The position numbers and the translations under genes were made by a program. Shown here piece by piece: positions 1 through 12,262 of a stretch of 64,000 nt of DNA. Location of the stretch: NCBI GenBank assembly GCA_951406725.2, contig OX597815.1, forward strand, positions 109,492,001 to 109,556,000. The letters run 5' to 3'. Within the stretch, counting starts at the first letter, position 1, and every line of letters begins with the position of its first letter. The notes below the pieces were generated by a model. That model searched no databases, was not told the origin of the DNA, and was given only the letters and a program-made list of their open reading frames with translations. This DNA is from Octopus vulgaris (lineage: Eukaryota).

Positions 1-1
1 A

Positions 2-385
2 AGTGGAGGCGCAATGGCCCAGTGGTTAGGGCAGCGGACTCGCAGTCATAGAAACGCGGTTTCAATTCCCAGACAAGGTGTTGTGAGTGTTTATTGAACG
101 AAAACACCTAAAGCTCCACGAGGCTTTAGCAGGGGTTGATTGCGAACCCTGCTGTACTCTTTCACCACAAATTCTTCTCACTCTTTCTTCCTGTTTCTGT
201 GGTACCTGTATTTCAAAGGGCCAGCCATGTCACACTCTGTGTCACGCTGAATCTCCCCGAGAACTACGTTAAGGGCACACGTGTCTGTGGAGTGCTCAAC
301 CACTTACACGTTAATTTCACAAGCAGGCTGTTCCATTGATCGGATCAACTGGAACCCTCGTCGTCGTAACCGACGGAGTACCACG
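2..385 (+). mobile_element. tRNA-derived SINE (body 1 + tail X), full-length-looking copy
   Basis: Pol III A box TGGCCCAGTGG (15-25) and B-box-like GGTTTCAATTCC. Head/body shared with 11384-11686; 3' part (GATCGGATCAACTGGAACCCTCGTCGTCGTAA) shared with 10672-10830 and 51367-51678. Confidence 0.85.
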
Positions 386-520
386 ACGTATTTTGCAGTC
401 TCATCCGGTAAAAAATAACAAGAGAGAGTAAAGGAAAAGGAGGGAGAAAGATAGATAAGGTAGCGAATGAGAATGTAAAGCAAGACGTATTAATTGGAAA
501 ATTTAAGAATCAATTAACTA

Positions 521-589
<69 letters not shown>

Positions 590-941
590 ACAGACAGAAA
601 GTGAGAGTGATAGCTAGACTGAGCGAAAGAAAGCAAGGATGAAAAAGCCAGACACAGGCAGTGGGTGTGCACGACAATGTATGTATATGTGTGTGTGTGT
701 GAGTGGGTGCATATATGTGTGTGTGTGTGTGTGTGTGTTTGTGTGCGTATGTGTGTGTGTTTGATGAAACCCAACGATCAGCAAATTAGTGTCTTATATC
801 TGTCGTATTTCTACTTCGATTATTTGTTTGTGGAGTGACATCTAAGACATATTCAATTCTAGCAATTGGTTTGAAAAAAAAATTTGAATTTTATATATTT
901 TGTATTTTCAGTATATCTACGTTAGGTCGTTTTAAGCGATT

Positions 942-988
<47 letters not shown>

Positions 989-1399
989 TATATATATATG
1001 CCCACTCCCACTCTATGTCTTACATCCACTCCCACATACCCCATCTCTACCCCATCCTCAGCCTACCCACATACCCCACCTCTACCCCAACCCTCAGCCT
1101 ACCCACACCCCACCCTTGCTTTCCCCACTCTCGCCTTCCCCACATCCCAAAACCCTCACACCACACCACACACCACTACACCATACACCACCATACCACA
1201 CAACACCAAATCACATAACATCACATCACGTCACACCACCACGCTAGCACTGACCACTTCCCAACCGCGCATCCACACACTTACACATAGACACACGCAC
1301 ATATCAAGGTCACCAGCCCTCTTCCACACGTACATACAAGCTGTCTTACAAACGCGCGCCTTTGTTTTGGGATCACCACTATTTTATTATCTTCCCTTC

Positions 1400-1607
1400 T
1401 TCCTAGCTCTCCTGTGTGACCCCTCTGTCCGGCATTCGCTATGATAGATCGATAGCCACTACACATTCTTTATATTCTCTCCTTGTTTCTTTCTGCGTTC
1501 CTTTCTAGGCTCGAAATGTTAAAGACTTTTTCACTTCCCGAGCGTTAAACTAATACATCTGTTTGTTGTCTACACCACCTGTCTTCGTCTTTTTTTTTGT
1601 GAATTCT

Positions 1608-1610
<3 letters not shown>
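1400..1610 (+). mobile_element. Penelope-like terminal repeat fragment (family 2), hammerhead core partly deleted
   Basis: Homologous to the reverse complements of 28430-28600 and 44585-44770 (AGGCTCGAAAtGTTAAAGAC...CCCGAGCGTTAAACTAATACAT...CACCTGTCTT). Ends in (TA)n. Confidence 0.55.
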
Positions 1611-1643
<33 letters not shown>

Positions 1644-1708
1644 TCTACTTTCTATTAATCTCTCTCCCTCTCTCTTTCTCCTTATATCTATACATACATA
1701 TGTGTGTG

Positions 1709-1749
<41 letters not shown>

Positions 1750-2724
1750 ATGTGTGTGTGTGTGTTTATATATATATGTGTGTGTGTGTGTTTGGTATAT
1801 ATGTATGGATATAGTGATATGAATATCCACACACACACACAAACAAACACACACATATACATATATACATACAAGCAGGTAACGGTAAGAATATAATCAT
1901 ATACATATTGCATGCAGAAAAAATATCTATATAGATGTGTACTTTACTTCATTTTATTCATTTTTTTACTTCATTTTATTTATTTATTTTTATTAGTCGC
2001 CTAGTTAAGAATCTGTCTTTAGCAGTGTTGACAGCATGTTGTCTTTTATAATTTTTGTTTTGTTTGTGATAGTCGTGTTTGCGGATGTGTTGTATGTTGG
2101 CAGAGTATGTGGATATTGGCTACATATGGTGGTTGGATTACTATCGCGGTTGTCGTTATATTTCAAGGAGAGATAATCACCGGATAGTGTAATGGGATAG
2201 CGGAATGAGAAGTAAACAAGGGAAAAGCAATAAATGTAAATAAATATAAATAATATATATAAATATAAATAATATATATAAATATATAAATATAAAAAAA
2301 AAATATCAAAAAGGAATAAAAAAAATTGATGGTTTGAAGTTATTGATTATTTGATAAAAAAAAATCATCGTAGTGGGGAAGATATAAGATGAAAGAGAAT
2401 TATGGGCGGTCGGAAAGAGTGAGAGAAAGAGAGAGAAGGAAGTATAAAACAGAAAGTGAGCAATGAGAGAGATTAGAGTAAGGTAATAGTGATGGGGAAA
2501 AGATTAAACCGATGGATAGAAGCATAGAGCAAAAAGTGGGGGGAGACAGGAAGAGTGAGATAAAGAGGAGGAGGGAGTGAGAGAAGAAGTGAGAGACGTG
2601 AGATAGACAGAGATAAAGAGAGATGCTTATCTGAAGTGATTCAGAGATCGTATGCTTGTTAGGGCACAAGGTAAGACATACATACATATATCATATATAT
2701 TTATACACACACACACACACACAC

Positions 2725-3130
2725 ATTCTTTTATCCTTCAATTCTTTTGCTTGTTTCAGTCATTTGACTGCGGCCATGCTGAAACACTTCCTTAATGGGT
2801 TTTAGTTGAAGAAATCGACACCAGGATTTATTTTTGTAAGCCTAGTAATTGTTTAATCGATCCCCTTTGCTGAATCGCTAAGTTACAGGGATGTAAACAC
2901 ACCAACATCAGTTGTCAAGTGATGGTTGGAGACAAACACAGACACAAAGACACACATAAATATATACATACATACACACACACACACACACATGACGGGC
3001 TTCTTTCAGTTTCCGTCTACCAAATCTATTCACATTCGATGCAATAGTAGAATACACTTGCCTAAGGTCAAAGTTCCTCACAGTGGGGCTGAACCCGGAA
3101 CCACGTGGAAGTAAGTTTCTTACCGCACAA
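2725..3130 (-). mobile_element. Abundant SINE family A (tRNA-like head, CORE-like segment, internal (CA)n, AAAAGAAT-type tail)
   Basis: Shares GTTTCAGTCATTTGACTGCGGCCATGCTG, GCTAAGTTAC.GGGA.GTAAACAC and CTTTCAGTTTCCGTCTACCAAATC blocks with more than 10 other copies in the window. Confidence 0.85.
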
Positions 3131-3134
3131 CTAC

Positions 3135-3975
3135 ATACATACATACATGCATACATGTATGTATGTATGTATGTATGTATGTATGTATGTATGTATGCAT
3201 GTATGTATGCTTGCATGTGTGTATACATGCAGAATTGTATGCTTTATTTCATGTATGTATTCTCATGCATATAGTTGCATGTCTAGACATGCATGAGCAT
3301 GTCTAGACATGCAACTATATCTAAATATTTAAATGATAAACATCTGGAAAATTTTACAAACTTTTACAGTTCTAGTGATGGACTGGTTCTGTAGTCTTCG
3401 AATCAGCTGTCTCCTTTCTGGCTTTGGGAAGATTGGATATATAACGCAGTGTGTTACATATCCCATCCCAGTGTCCCAATAATTATAGGTATAAATCTGA
3501 ACTTGTAATCTGGATAGAGTAACTGCAGATTTCTCAATAATTCAGCGTAGGTCAATGTTCAGCAACCTTTTTTCACTTGCTCCACACTTATATTCTTTTC
3601 AAAATTCGGCAGTACACCGGAGCTAAAAATGTAACTAAAAGAATACGGAAAAAAATTACATTCAGGTTTTACTGCAGCACATCTAGCATTGTCTCGTAGC
3701 AACACCAGTCTGCCACGGCATACCGGTTGGGGAGCACTGACATAGGTATTCTCTTTTTCACTGATCTTCAGCTTTATGTTAACATCCGCTGGGCAGCTGA
3801 ACTCCACAAGTTTACACAGTTTCTCTTCTCTATCCAAAATGATTATATCAGGTCTATTATATTTACATTTTGTTGACATTTCACCAGTACTCCTTTTTAT
3901 TATAACTGGTTATGGCTTCCCCCATACTGTGGGTTATGTTTTGTCCTCGGGATTATCCTTCCAACAGATTTCATT
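3135..3975 (-). mobile_element. 5'-truncated non-LTR retrotransposon, RLE type (R4/Dong-like): endonuclease C-terminus and 3' UTR
   Basis: Minus-strand translation YNRPDIIILDREEKLCKLVEFSCPADVNIKLKISEKENTY[insert]AELLRNLQLLYPDYKFRFIPIIIGTLG...QSITRTVKVCKIF matches the RPD...(D/E)...P...K..KY pattern of PD-(D/E)xK retrotransposon endonucleases. (CATA)n-type sequence lies at both ends. Confidence 0.85.
3553..3739. mobile_element. hAT (Charlie/Buster-type) MITE inserted in the RLE LINE
   Basis: Imperfect 15-bp TIRs CAATGTTCAGCAACC / GGTTGGGGAGCACTG. 8-bp TSD GCGTAGGT (3545-3552) / ACATAGGT (3740-3747) with central TA. Removal restores the LINE frame. Confidence 0.85.
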
Positions 3976-4059
3976 ATATATGTATGCATGTATGTATGTA
4001 GGAAGGAACTCTTGAGATTCAACGGCCATCCAATAAATGTGTATTTTTTTTTCTCTTAA

Positions 4060-4510
4060 GGCTTAAGGCTGTATCATGCGCGGCGACATAGAAATAATAG
4101 GACTGAATACCCGATCGCGCGGTTAAACCATTGAGAGTGAAGGACTCCTAGCCTTTGTTAGGGCATCCTTCTAGGAGAAGGTAACTAAGGTAACTGGGAT
4201 AACTCCGACATAAAACCTGCGGCTCAGTGGTTACCGATGATATTGACTTGTTCTTCTTTTCAGATTATGGCTGCTGTTGCTTAGTGAGTGGGACTGACTC
4301 AGTGCACAGCCTTTCCTCACTTTAAAAAAAAATTTCTTGCACAGGTATTGCACGATAACAACATTGTTCATGATTGTTGATGGTGCTGTGAGTCTCAACT
4401 GAATGGCTGGCTGTAGCCTTAAAAAGCAAATAAAAATCACATTCGATCACAACACCAATAACAGTTAAGCTTCGTGCAATGGCCGTACTCAATAACGAGG
4501 GGGCAGCCAT
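4060..4510 (+). mobile_element. Probable RTE-related non-coding retroelement fragment
   Basis: The motif AGGGCATCCTTCTAGGAGAAGGTAACT...CCGACATAAAACC resembles RTE-clade 5' UTR sequence (recalled similarity). A related motif TAGGAGAAGGAAGTTCTGACATAAC occurs on the minus strand near 51800-51825. Confidence 0.35.
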
Positions 4511-4769
4511 CATGTATGTATGTATGTATTATGGATGGATGAGTATTGGTGTGTGTATGTGCGTGCGTGTGTGTATATATTACATTATATCATATTATGC
4601 GGTACACACGTGCGCGCGGCGGACTTCAAGTTTACTAGCAGGCGAGTATAAGCTATTAGTAGCTTGTACCACGCGGTCACTATTTTTTTCAGGTGCCTGT
4701 TTTAGGTACCCATGTTGTTACGAGCAGATAAAGATACCCGCTTGTCATTCCGACTCTTGACGCAGCGAA

Positions 4770-4960
4770 ACATCAGAAAATGGGAACTGGAACGAGGGAA
4801 GGTTTCACCAACAAAAGGTTGCTACTCATTTTCCGCCGAGTAGATTGACACAATGTAAAATGTTATGCCTTGCTGCAGTAATCAATGCAATGTCCAGTAC
4901 AGGAATCGAACCTGTGATGTTATGACTGTGAACCCAACACTCAAACAACTAGTGCACTTG
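4770..4960 (-). mobile_element. Degenerate tRNA-head SINE (CORE-like body)
   Basis: Decayed homologue of the 51367-51678 head/body (CTACTCATTTT.C.GC.GAGT...GGAATCGAACC). Confidence 0.55.
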
Positions 4961-5059
4961 CTTTATCTTCCTATCTTTCTATCTTTCTTTTTTTCCTCTC
5001 TCCCTACACACGCGCGTGCGTATAATACCAGCGGTTGAAATACACGTATATAACATAAC

Positions 5060-5412
5060 TTCAAATTTTGGCACGGGAGCTGTAATTTTAGGGGAGATAG
5101 TCGTCTACATTGAGCTCAGTGCTCAACTGGTACTCATTTTATATCGATCCCGAAAAGATGTAAAGCGAAATCGATCTCGGCGATTTGGTTATAATCCTTG
5201 AATAAACTTAACTATCTATTGCAGCGTGCCGTGCAAAATCCTTCTTAGAGTTCTTTATGTAATGAGTTCAAATCTCGCCTAGGTTGACTTTATCTTTTAT
5301 ACTTTCGGAGTCGATACAATAAGTACCAGTTGAGCACTTGGGTCGATATAATCAGCTAGCCCTCCGATCTTTCCCGCAAATTACAGTTCTTGTATCTATA
5401 TTAGAAAGAATT
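5060..5412. mobile_element. Two SINE family B copies in opposite orientation (~5060-5190 minus, ~5235-5412 plus)
   Basis: Shared block TTTCGG.GTCGATA.AAT.AGTACCAGTTGAGCACT..GGTCGAT seen on both strands. Confidence 0.75.
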
Positions 5413-6289
5413 AGTGGACGGAATTCTTTTTAGAGGTGTTTAAAATCTCAAATCTGTATGTAAGTGGAATAAGATAGATAACTCCAATAAAATCACTTCA
5501 TCAAAATTTTGTAAAATACAGAAAATGCGTTATGAGAGCGGATCACTTCTTTCACAATTAAACTTTCGGATTACTTTGTCAAATGTAATAATTATTTATG
5601 CAAATTATTTTCAATCGATCATGCTTCGAAATTTCAATGATGCGATTCTCTATTGTCAAGATGACATTGTAGGGTATGTGTGAGAAACAAAATCTGGTCA
5701 GTTTAAACATAAAACAGATAGAATGTTTCGACCATAAATGGCTGGTTTAAATGCTAAGAAGTTAATCTAACTAAAGAAAGTAACGAACCAGTTTCAGTCT
5801 TATAAGTCCTCCTCAGCAAAGCATATTTTTTTTCTTTTAGATCTTACCGTATTTGTACACGCACAACAACGACGCCGCGCGTTCAGTTCTGCTCTGTTTC
5901 TTCTTGAGTAACCTGTATCATATGTGACAACTTGTATCATACAGGTTCTGGACACAACCTGTACCATATGAGTGAAAATGAGTGAACGGAAACTGCACAG
6001 AAGCCATTCAGATGGACTAAGCTTATGATTAATACGGTGCCACCATGGTGATATTGTCTGAGAATTGTATTAAGGGTATAAGTGGTGTTCGTGGAACACT
6101 CTGTCACTTCTCAAATTTATTGAATGAGATGGTCGAACAACTGGACATCATCGTCGAAACCAACGGTGAACCATATAATAACGCGCGCATGTATGTGTGT
6201 GTGCATGTTAGTGAGACAGTGTATGGAGAGGTTGTATGCGAACGAATCTTTTCTAATCGAGCAGAACCAACCGAATCGCGTCATGTTTG

Positions 6290-6662
6290 CCTTCTTCCTT
6301 CCTTCCTTCCTTCCTTTCTCTCTTCCTTCCTTCCTTCCTTCTCTCTGTCTTTCTTTCTTTCTGTCTTTCTTTCGTTCGTTCATCCTTTCTCTCTTTTTCG
6401 TTCTTTCTTTCTTTCGTTCTTTCTTTCTTTCGTCCTTTCTTTCTTTCGTCCTTTCTTTCGTTCTTTCTTTCTTTCGTCCTTTCTTTCGTTCTTTCTTTCG
6501 TCCTTTCTTTCTTTCGTTCTTCCTTTCGTCCTTTCTTTCTTTCGTTCTTCCTTTCGTCCTTTCTGTCGTTCTTCCTTTCGTCCTTTCTTTCTTCGTTCTT
6601 TTTTTACCTTTCTTTTGTCCTTTCTTTCGTTCTTTCGTTCTTTCTTTCTTTCTTTCTTTCTT
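6290..6662 (+). repeat. Pyrimidine-rich (CCTT)n/(CTTT)n/(CTTTCGTT/CTTTCGTC)n compound microsatellite
   Basis: Direct reading. It produces the spurious F/L/S-rich ORFs at 6045-6719. Confidence 0.95.
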
Positions 6663-7421
6663 AATAATATTTCAGGGATTATATTATTGAATGTACCATT
6701 TTCATTTTTAAGGCAGTGATATATGATTTAATTGAGATTGAGTTGTTATTTCCAGCATGATGAACGACCGCCTAAATCTTTCTTCAGGGGAGTCCTGTAT
6801 AGTGTATGTATAGGAACTTGTACTAAAATTCAACGATCTATCCCTCTCCTTCTTTCTTCCCTTCTCCCTCTCTGTTACTCTCTCTCTCTCTCTCTCTCTC
6901 TATGTCTCGTCTTGCCATTGGAAACATGTACCCACATACACGCAAATACACACACATATATATACACATGCACAAACACATACACACACATGCATACATG
7001 CATATACACATGCACAGTATCTCGTGTCAATAACTGTGTTATTTACATGTAGAGAGAAGTATAGTTTGGACGGGCACTGAGAAAGTTGTGCGCCTGCGCA
7101 TAAGTCTCTGTACACATATCACCTCCACAAACCTCTTCCGCTTCATTCTAAACCATCTCATTTCGTAAACTTGCACGCACGTGCACAAACATGTACACAG
7201 ACGCACATACGCATACATATGTACATACATATATGTACATGTACTTATATACAGAGAGAGAGAGAGAGAGGAGAGCTAATTAGATTGATTAATTTAGTGA
7301 TTGAGTGACGTTCCGTGTGTGCGTGCGCGCGCGCGCATACACAAGTGAGATACGAAAATAGATGCGTTTTGTGAAGAGGGAAATGGAATGTGCATATACA
7401 TATATGCATGTACGCATGTAT

Positions 7422-7468
<47 letters not shown>

Positions 7469-7495
7469 AATATATGTATACATATATATATATAT

Positions 7496-7530
<35 letters not shown>

Positions 7531-7531
7531 A

Positions 7532-7750
7532 AGTTAATCCAAACAAGAAAGCACAAAGAGAAAACACAACAACGCGAGGACGTGGAACAAATATAGTTAT
7601 TATTGGACACCCAGGAAAGAATTAAAGAAGGAGGGTTTAACGTTTCGAGCGGAGCTCTTCGTCGGAAACATAGGAGAAGGAAAGATCCAGAGAAGGGAAG
7701 ACAGAGGGAAAAAAAAAATCGCCAACGGTACACACGAGGTCATATTTTGA
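7532..7750 (-). mobile_element. Penelope-like terminal repeat fragment (family 1) with hammerhead-like motif at 7635-7669
   Basis: Near-identical to 46955-47175 and to the reverse complement of 31775-31950. Minus strand reads gttt-CCGACGA-A-GAGC-TCC-GCTC-GAAA-C-GTT-aaac. Embedded in (TA)n. Confidence 0.7.
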
Positions 7751-7751
7751 A

Positions 7752-7794
<43 letters not shown>

Positions 7795-7837
7795 TAGTTA
7801 TCGCCAAGCTAACATGGCAGTCCAAATATATATATAT

Positions 7838-7993
7838 TTCTTTATTACCCACAGGGGCCAAACACAGAGGGGACAAACAAGGACAGACATAGGTATTAAG
7901 TCGATTACATCGACCTCAGTGCGGAACTGGTACTTAATTTATCGACCCCGAAAGGATGAAGGGCAAAGTCAACCTCGGCGGAATTTGAACTCA
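7838..7993 (-). mobile_element. SINE family B copy (variant tail)
   Basis: ACTGGTACTTAATTTATCGACCCCGAAAGGATGAAGGGCAAAGTCAACCTCGGCGGAATTTGAACTC block. Confidence 0.8.
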
Positions 7994-8864
7994 AATATAT
8001 ATATACTTACACGTAAGCGCACATGCACACAAGCACACACATTCACACATGCACACATACACACTTACATAAATATATATTTATATTGAGTGCATGAGGG
8101 AGAACGTATATAACGTAGAAGGGGATAGGCAAAAAAAAAAAATTCTAAAACGGTAAAATGCGCATGTCGAACTTGAGTGTGATAGGGTGGAGTGTAACTT
8201 AAAGAGGGAGCCAGATGAATAATACTGAAAAGCGGGCTGAGGGAGTGTGTGAAACGGAGTGAAAGGCGTGTGGTGAAAAGAAGGAGAGGAGGAGTAGGAA
8301 GCGATAGCTGATTGTGAACGAATAGGAGTGAGGTTTATATGGATGTAGTGCAAGTCGTTTCAGCTAATGAGCGAGATATAAGAGATCGAGATTTTATATA
8401 CAGGCAGGAATAGATAAATAGAGAGAGGGGGGTTGAGAGAATAAGAGAGAAAGACAGGGTAGAGGAGCAAAAAGGTAGAATGTGATAGAATGTGAGTGGG
8501 AGAGAGAGATATGGAGTTAGAGACAGTTAGATAGATGGACAGAGAGAGAGAGAGAGAGAGTAGAGAGAAAGAGAAAATAATGAGTGAGAGAAAAGAGAGA
8601 AAAATGAAATAGATAAAAAAAAACAAACGATAATGATAGAGAAAGAGGCTCAGACAAACTGAGTAAGTCATAAATAGATAATTAGAGAGAGAAAGAGAGA
8701 GAGAGAGAGACAGACAGACACACAGAGACAGACAGACTGATAGAGAGAGAGGGACAGTCAGATAGAGAGAGAGGCAGACAGACAGACAGAGAGCAATTAG
8801 TGAAAGCGTGGGGTACAGAAATAAACAGTGATTGGCAGCGACAGAGAAAGTAAGTGACAATAAA

Positions 8865-8904
<40 letters not shown>

Positions 8905-9091
8905 TAAGAAAATGAGAGAGGTAGAGGAAAATCGTGTATCTCTATGGGAGGGAGGGAGGGAAATCGATAGGAAAACTAGACATGGGGAATTTTAATAAGA
9001 GAGAGAGAGAGAGAGAAAAAAACTGAAAGACAAAGAGGGAAATAGGATGAGAAGCTGAGAACGTTAAGGAGAAAACCTAGAGAGAGAGAGG

Positions 9092-9205
<114 letters not shown>

Positions 9206-9540
9206 CGCTTGTTAGGGAAGCAGGCATAATATATATATAGAGAGAGAGAGACGGATTAAGCACTTGAAACCTAACAACCTAGCATAGGCTGATGTACATG
9301 TCTGCATGTATGATTATTTGTCTGTGTGTGTGTGTATATGTGTATCTGTATGTGTATGTGTGTGTGCATGTGTGTATGTGTATGTTGTTTTAGTCTAGAT
9401 TCAGGTGAGCTCCCCGATGAACCAAGTCCAAAAGCATTCCAGCCATGACCATCCCGTCTTTTTTCTTTTCAGTTATGCTATATTATCTAAGGCACCCACA
9501 TGTTATTTCTAGAAGGTTCAGCGGCCTTTGTAGAATCTTG

Positions 9541-9579
<39 letters not shown>

Positions 9580-9662
9580 TGTCTATGCTTATTTGTCTTT
9601 GTATACGTGTATGCGTGTTGTGCATGTACAGCTCAAAGTTTGAGCCTCTGCGCGCATGTGCT

Positions 9663-9729
<67 letters not shown>

Positions 9730-9789
9730 CTGTCTGTCTCTGGGTCTGCGTGTAAGTATAGGCGTTTGTGTCTCCAGGCTTCAGCGTGA

Positions 9790-10172
9790 GTCTTTTATCT
9801 TATTATTTGTTTCAGTCTTCAGACTGCGGTCATGCTGGGACACTTGCTTTGAAGAGTTTTTGACCGAATGCATCGACCCCAGTGTTAAGCCTGGTACTTG
9901 CTCTATCGGACTCTTTTGCCGAACCGCTAAGTTATGGGGACGTAAACACACCAACACTGGTTGTCAAACACAGAAACGAACACACACACACACACACACA
10001 CACATATACGACGGGCTTCTTGCATTCTCCGCCGTCTACCAAATCTATTCACAAGGCTTTGGTCGGCCCGAGGCTAGAATAGAAGACACTTGACCAAAGT
10101 GCCACGCAGCGGGACTGAACCCGGAACCATGTGGTTGGAAGCAAGCCATTTACTACACGGCTATCCCCAAGC
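9790..10172 (-). mobile_element. SINE family A, near full length
   Basis: Same conserved blocks as 2725-3130, including the head GGGACTGAACCCGGAACCATGTGGTTGG. Confidence 0.85.
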
Positions 10173-10671
10173 CTATGTTTATGTGTGTTTGTTTGTATCT
10201 GTGTGTGTGGGGGGAGAAGGGGTTGTTTGTGCGTATATATAACTTACGGGAATCTGTAAAGAGCTATGTTCAGATATATTTTGAAGTGTGTGAAAATCGT
10301 TTCAATTAATATCAATTTACATCAATAAAATTAAATTTCACTTCAATTTACTTTAAATCCTTTCGCTAAGATTAAGAAGACAGTTCAGATAAATATATTT
10401 CAGCTCAGTTCAATAAAGTTTATTGCCATTAAATTTTAAAAGTAAAATGTTAAAAGTAAAAGTTACAGTGCAACTTGAACAAGTACTTTTTTAGTTTTTA
10501 ATATAGATTCGGGTGAACCTTCGTCTTTTAAGCTAAAGTGAGTAGACGGAGATTGTGTGCAAGTCCATCGGACAGGTAAGTTCACTTGATTAGTAGTGGA
10601 ACTGGAGCTAAAGAAAAAACTAGTAAATTGTGAATTTAAAAGTTTACGCGGTTAGCCGCTAATCATTAACT

Positions 10672-10830
10672 GACACTCCGTCGCTTACGAGGACGAGAGT
10701 TCCAGTTGATCCGACCAATAGAACAACCTGCTGGTGAAGTTAACGCGAAAGAGGCTGAGCACTCCACAGACATGCGTACTCTTAAAGTAGTTCTCAGGGA
10801 GATTCAGCACGGCAAAGAATGCGACAAGGA
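10672..10830 (-). mobile_element. SINE tail-X fragment
   Basis: Reverse complement of ~225-385 (CACTCCGTCGCTTACGA.GACGAG.GTTCCAGTTGATCCGA). Confidence 0.8.
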
Positions 10831-11383
10831 TTTGGAGTCGAATACCCAAACCTCTAAGTTATGCTCCTTCACTGCTAACATAATAAACGTATAGATCAAA
10901 AATTATAATTAATTAAACTGACATTTGGAGTGGGGAGATATATTTCTCCTAGCTAGCTAATTTTTGTTAATAAAATAAATAATTAAGTAATAAATGAATG
11001 AATAAATGAATAAATAAAATAAATAAATGGTAGATTTTAAGCTAATTCAAATTGGTGAAAAACAAAATGCAATAAGAAATGATTATGATTTTAATCTGTA
11101 CTGTGGTGATTCTGGGCATAGTTGAACCGTTATTGACAGCGCCTAGGTTGCCAGAAAGATAGGATTTTAGTGAGTAAGTACTTTCCCCGAAGAAGCCTGA
11201 AATTCTGCGATTTGGAGCAGTAGTTCCCAACTGGAGTCCATATAAGCTTTTGAGGGGTCCATATATGTAAAAGAGTAAATTGAATGTCCACAGTGGTATT
11301 TTAGATGTCCATGGAAAACATTTTTATTATACGTACGTATTGCTAAAAACTAGATTTCTTTCTCAACACTTAGTTCTATATTA

Positions 11384-11686
11384 GTTTGTTCCTTCTCGAG
11401 CCATCCTTGGCTCATAAGGGGCCGGTTTCCCGGTTTCATTGGCATATAGGTTCCCCACCTGGACGGGACGCCGGTCCGCCGTAGGTGAGCTGCAAGATAC
11501 AGGAGGAAAGAATGAGAGAAAGTTGTGACGAAAGAGTCAGCAGAAGTTCGCCATTACCTTCTGCCGGAGCCGCGTGGAGCTTAGGTGTTTCGCTCATAAA
11601 CACACGGATCGCCCGGTCTGAGATTCAAACCCGCGATCCCTCGACCGCGAGTCCGCTGCTCTAACCACTAGGCCATGTGCTTCCAC
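11384..11686 (-). mobile_element. tRNA-derived SINE (body 1 + alternative tail Y) with target-site duplication
   Basis: A box TGGCCTAGTGG; head and body match 2-190; 3' end differs. TSD TAGTTCTATATTA (11371-11383) / TAGTTCAATATAA (11687-11699). Confidence 0.85.
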
Positions 11687-11904
11687 TAGTTCAATATAAT
11701 TTTGTGTAAGGCTAGCAGAGCAGCATCAACCACAAGGCTCGCATTGAAGTAGTACTAAACTAATATTGTTTCTCTTTTAATGAATATGGCTCTGTATATT
11801 TATTAGTTATTTTACTCGTAAAGATTAATTATCTGTAGAATTTAATTAGTTGTTAAAAGTTTCCTGCACTAAATTACTTATATGTCTACCATACGCGAAA
11901 TGCT

Positions 11905-12262
11905 TTATTCTTTTATTTTTTTTACTTGTTTCAGTCATTTGACTGCGGCTATGTTGGAGCACCGCTTAAAAGGGGTTTTTAGGTGAAGAAATCGACCCCA
12001 GGACTTATTCTTTGTAAGCCTAGTGCTTATTCTATCGGTCTCTTTTGCCGAAACACTAAGTTACGGAGACGTAAACGCACCAGCATCGGTTGCCAAGCGG
12101 TGGTGGAGAGGGGAGGAGAGACACAAACACAATGACACACATACACACATCTCTCAGTTTCCGTTTACCAAATCCACTTATAAGGCTTTGGTCAAAGTGC
12201 CACGCAGAGGAACTGAACCTGGAACCATGTAGTTGGGAAGCAAGCTTCTTACCACACAACCA
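11905..12262 (-). mobile_element. SINE family A
   Basis: Conserved family A blocks with internal deletions. Confidence 0.85.

Noticed and set aside
2-80. tRNA gene
   Set aside because: A/B boxes are present but there is no complete cloverleaf or terminator; it continues into a dispersed SINE body.
1040-1120. CRISPR-like or functional repeat array (also the 30-bp duplication near 57871-57930)
   Set aside because: Only two imperfect adjacent units with no unique spacers; ordinary tandem duplications in a eukaryotic context.
4683-4712. 13-nt microexon ttttttcag|GTGCCTGTTTTAG|gtaccc
   Set aside because: Weak donor, not frame-preserving, and no other support.
5558-5764. TTAA-ended piggyBac-like MITE
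   Set aside because: The ends are too decayed to show TIR pairing from this window alone.
10540-10582. Exon ending in a perfect donor CAG|GTAAGT
   Set aside because: The upstream sequence resembles a decayed family A SINE block (GTAGACGGA...); no acceptor or frame support.
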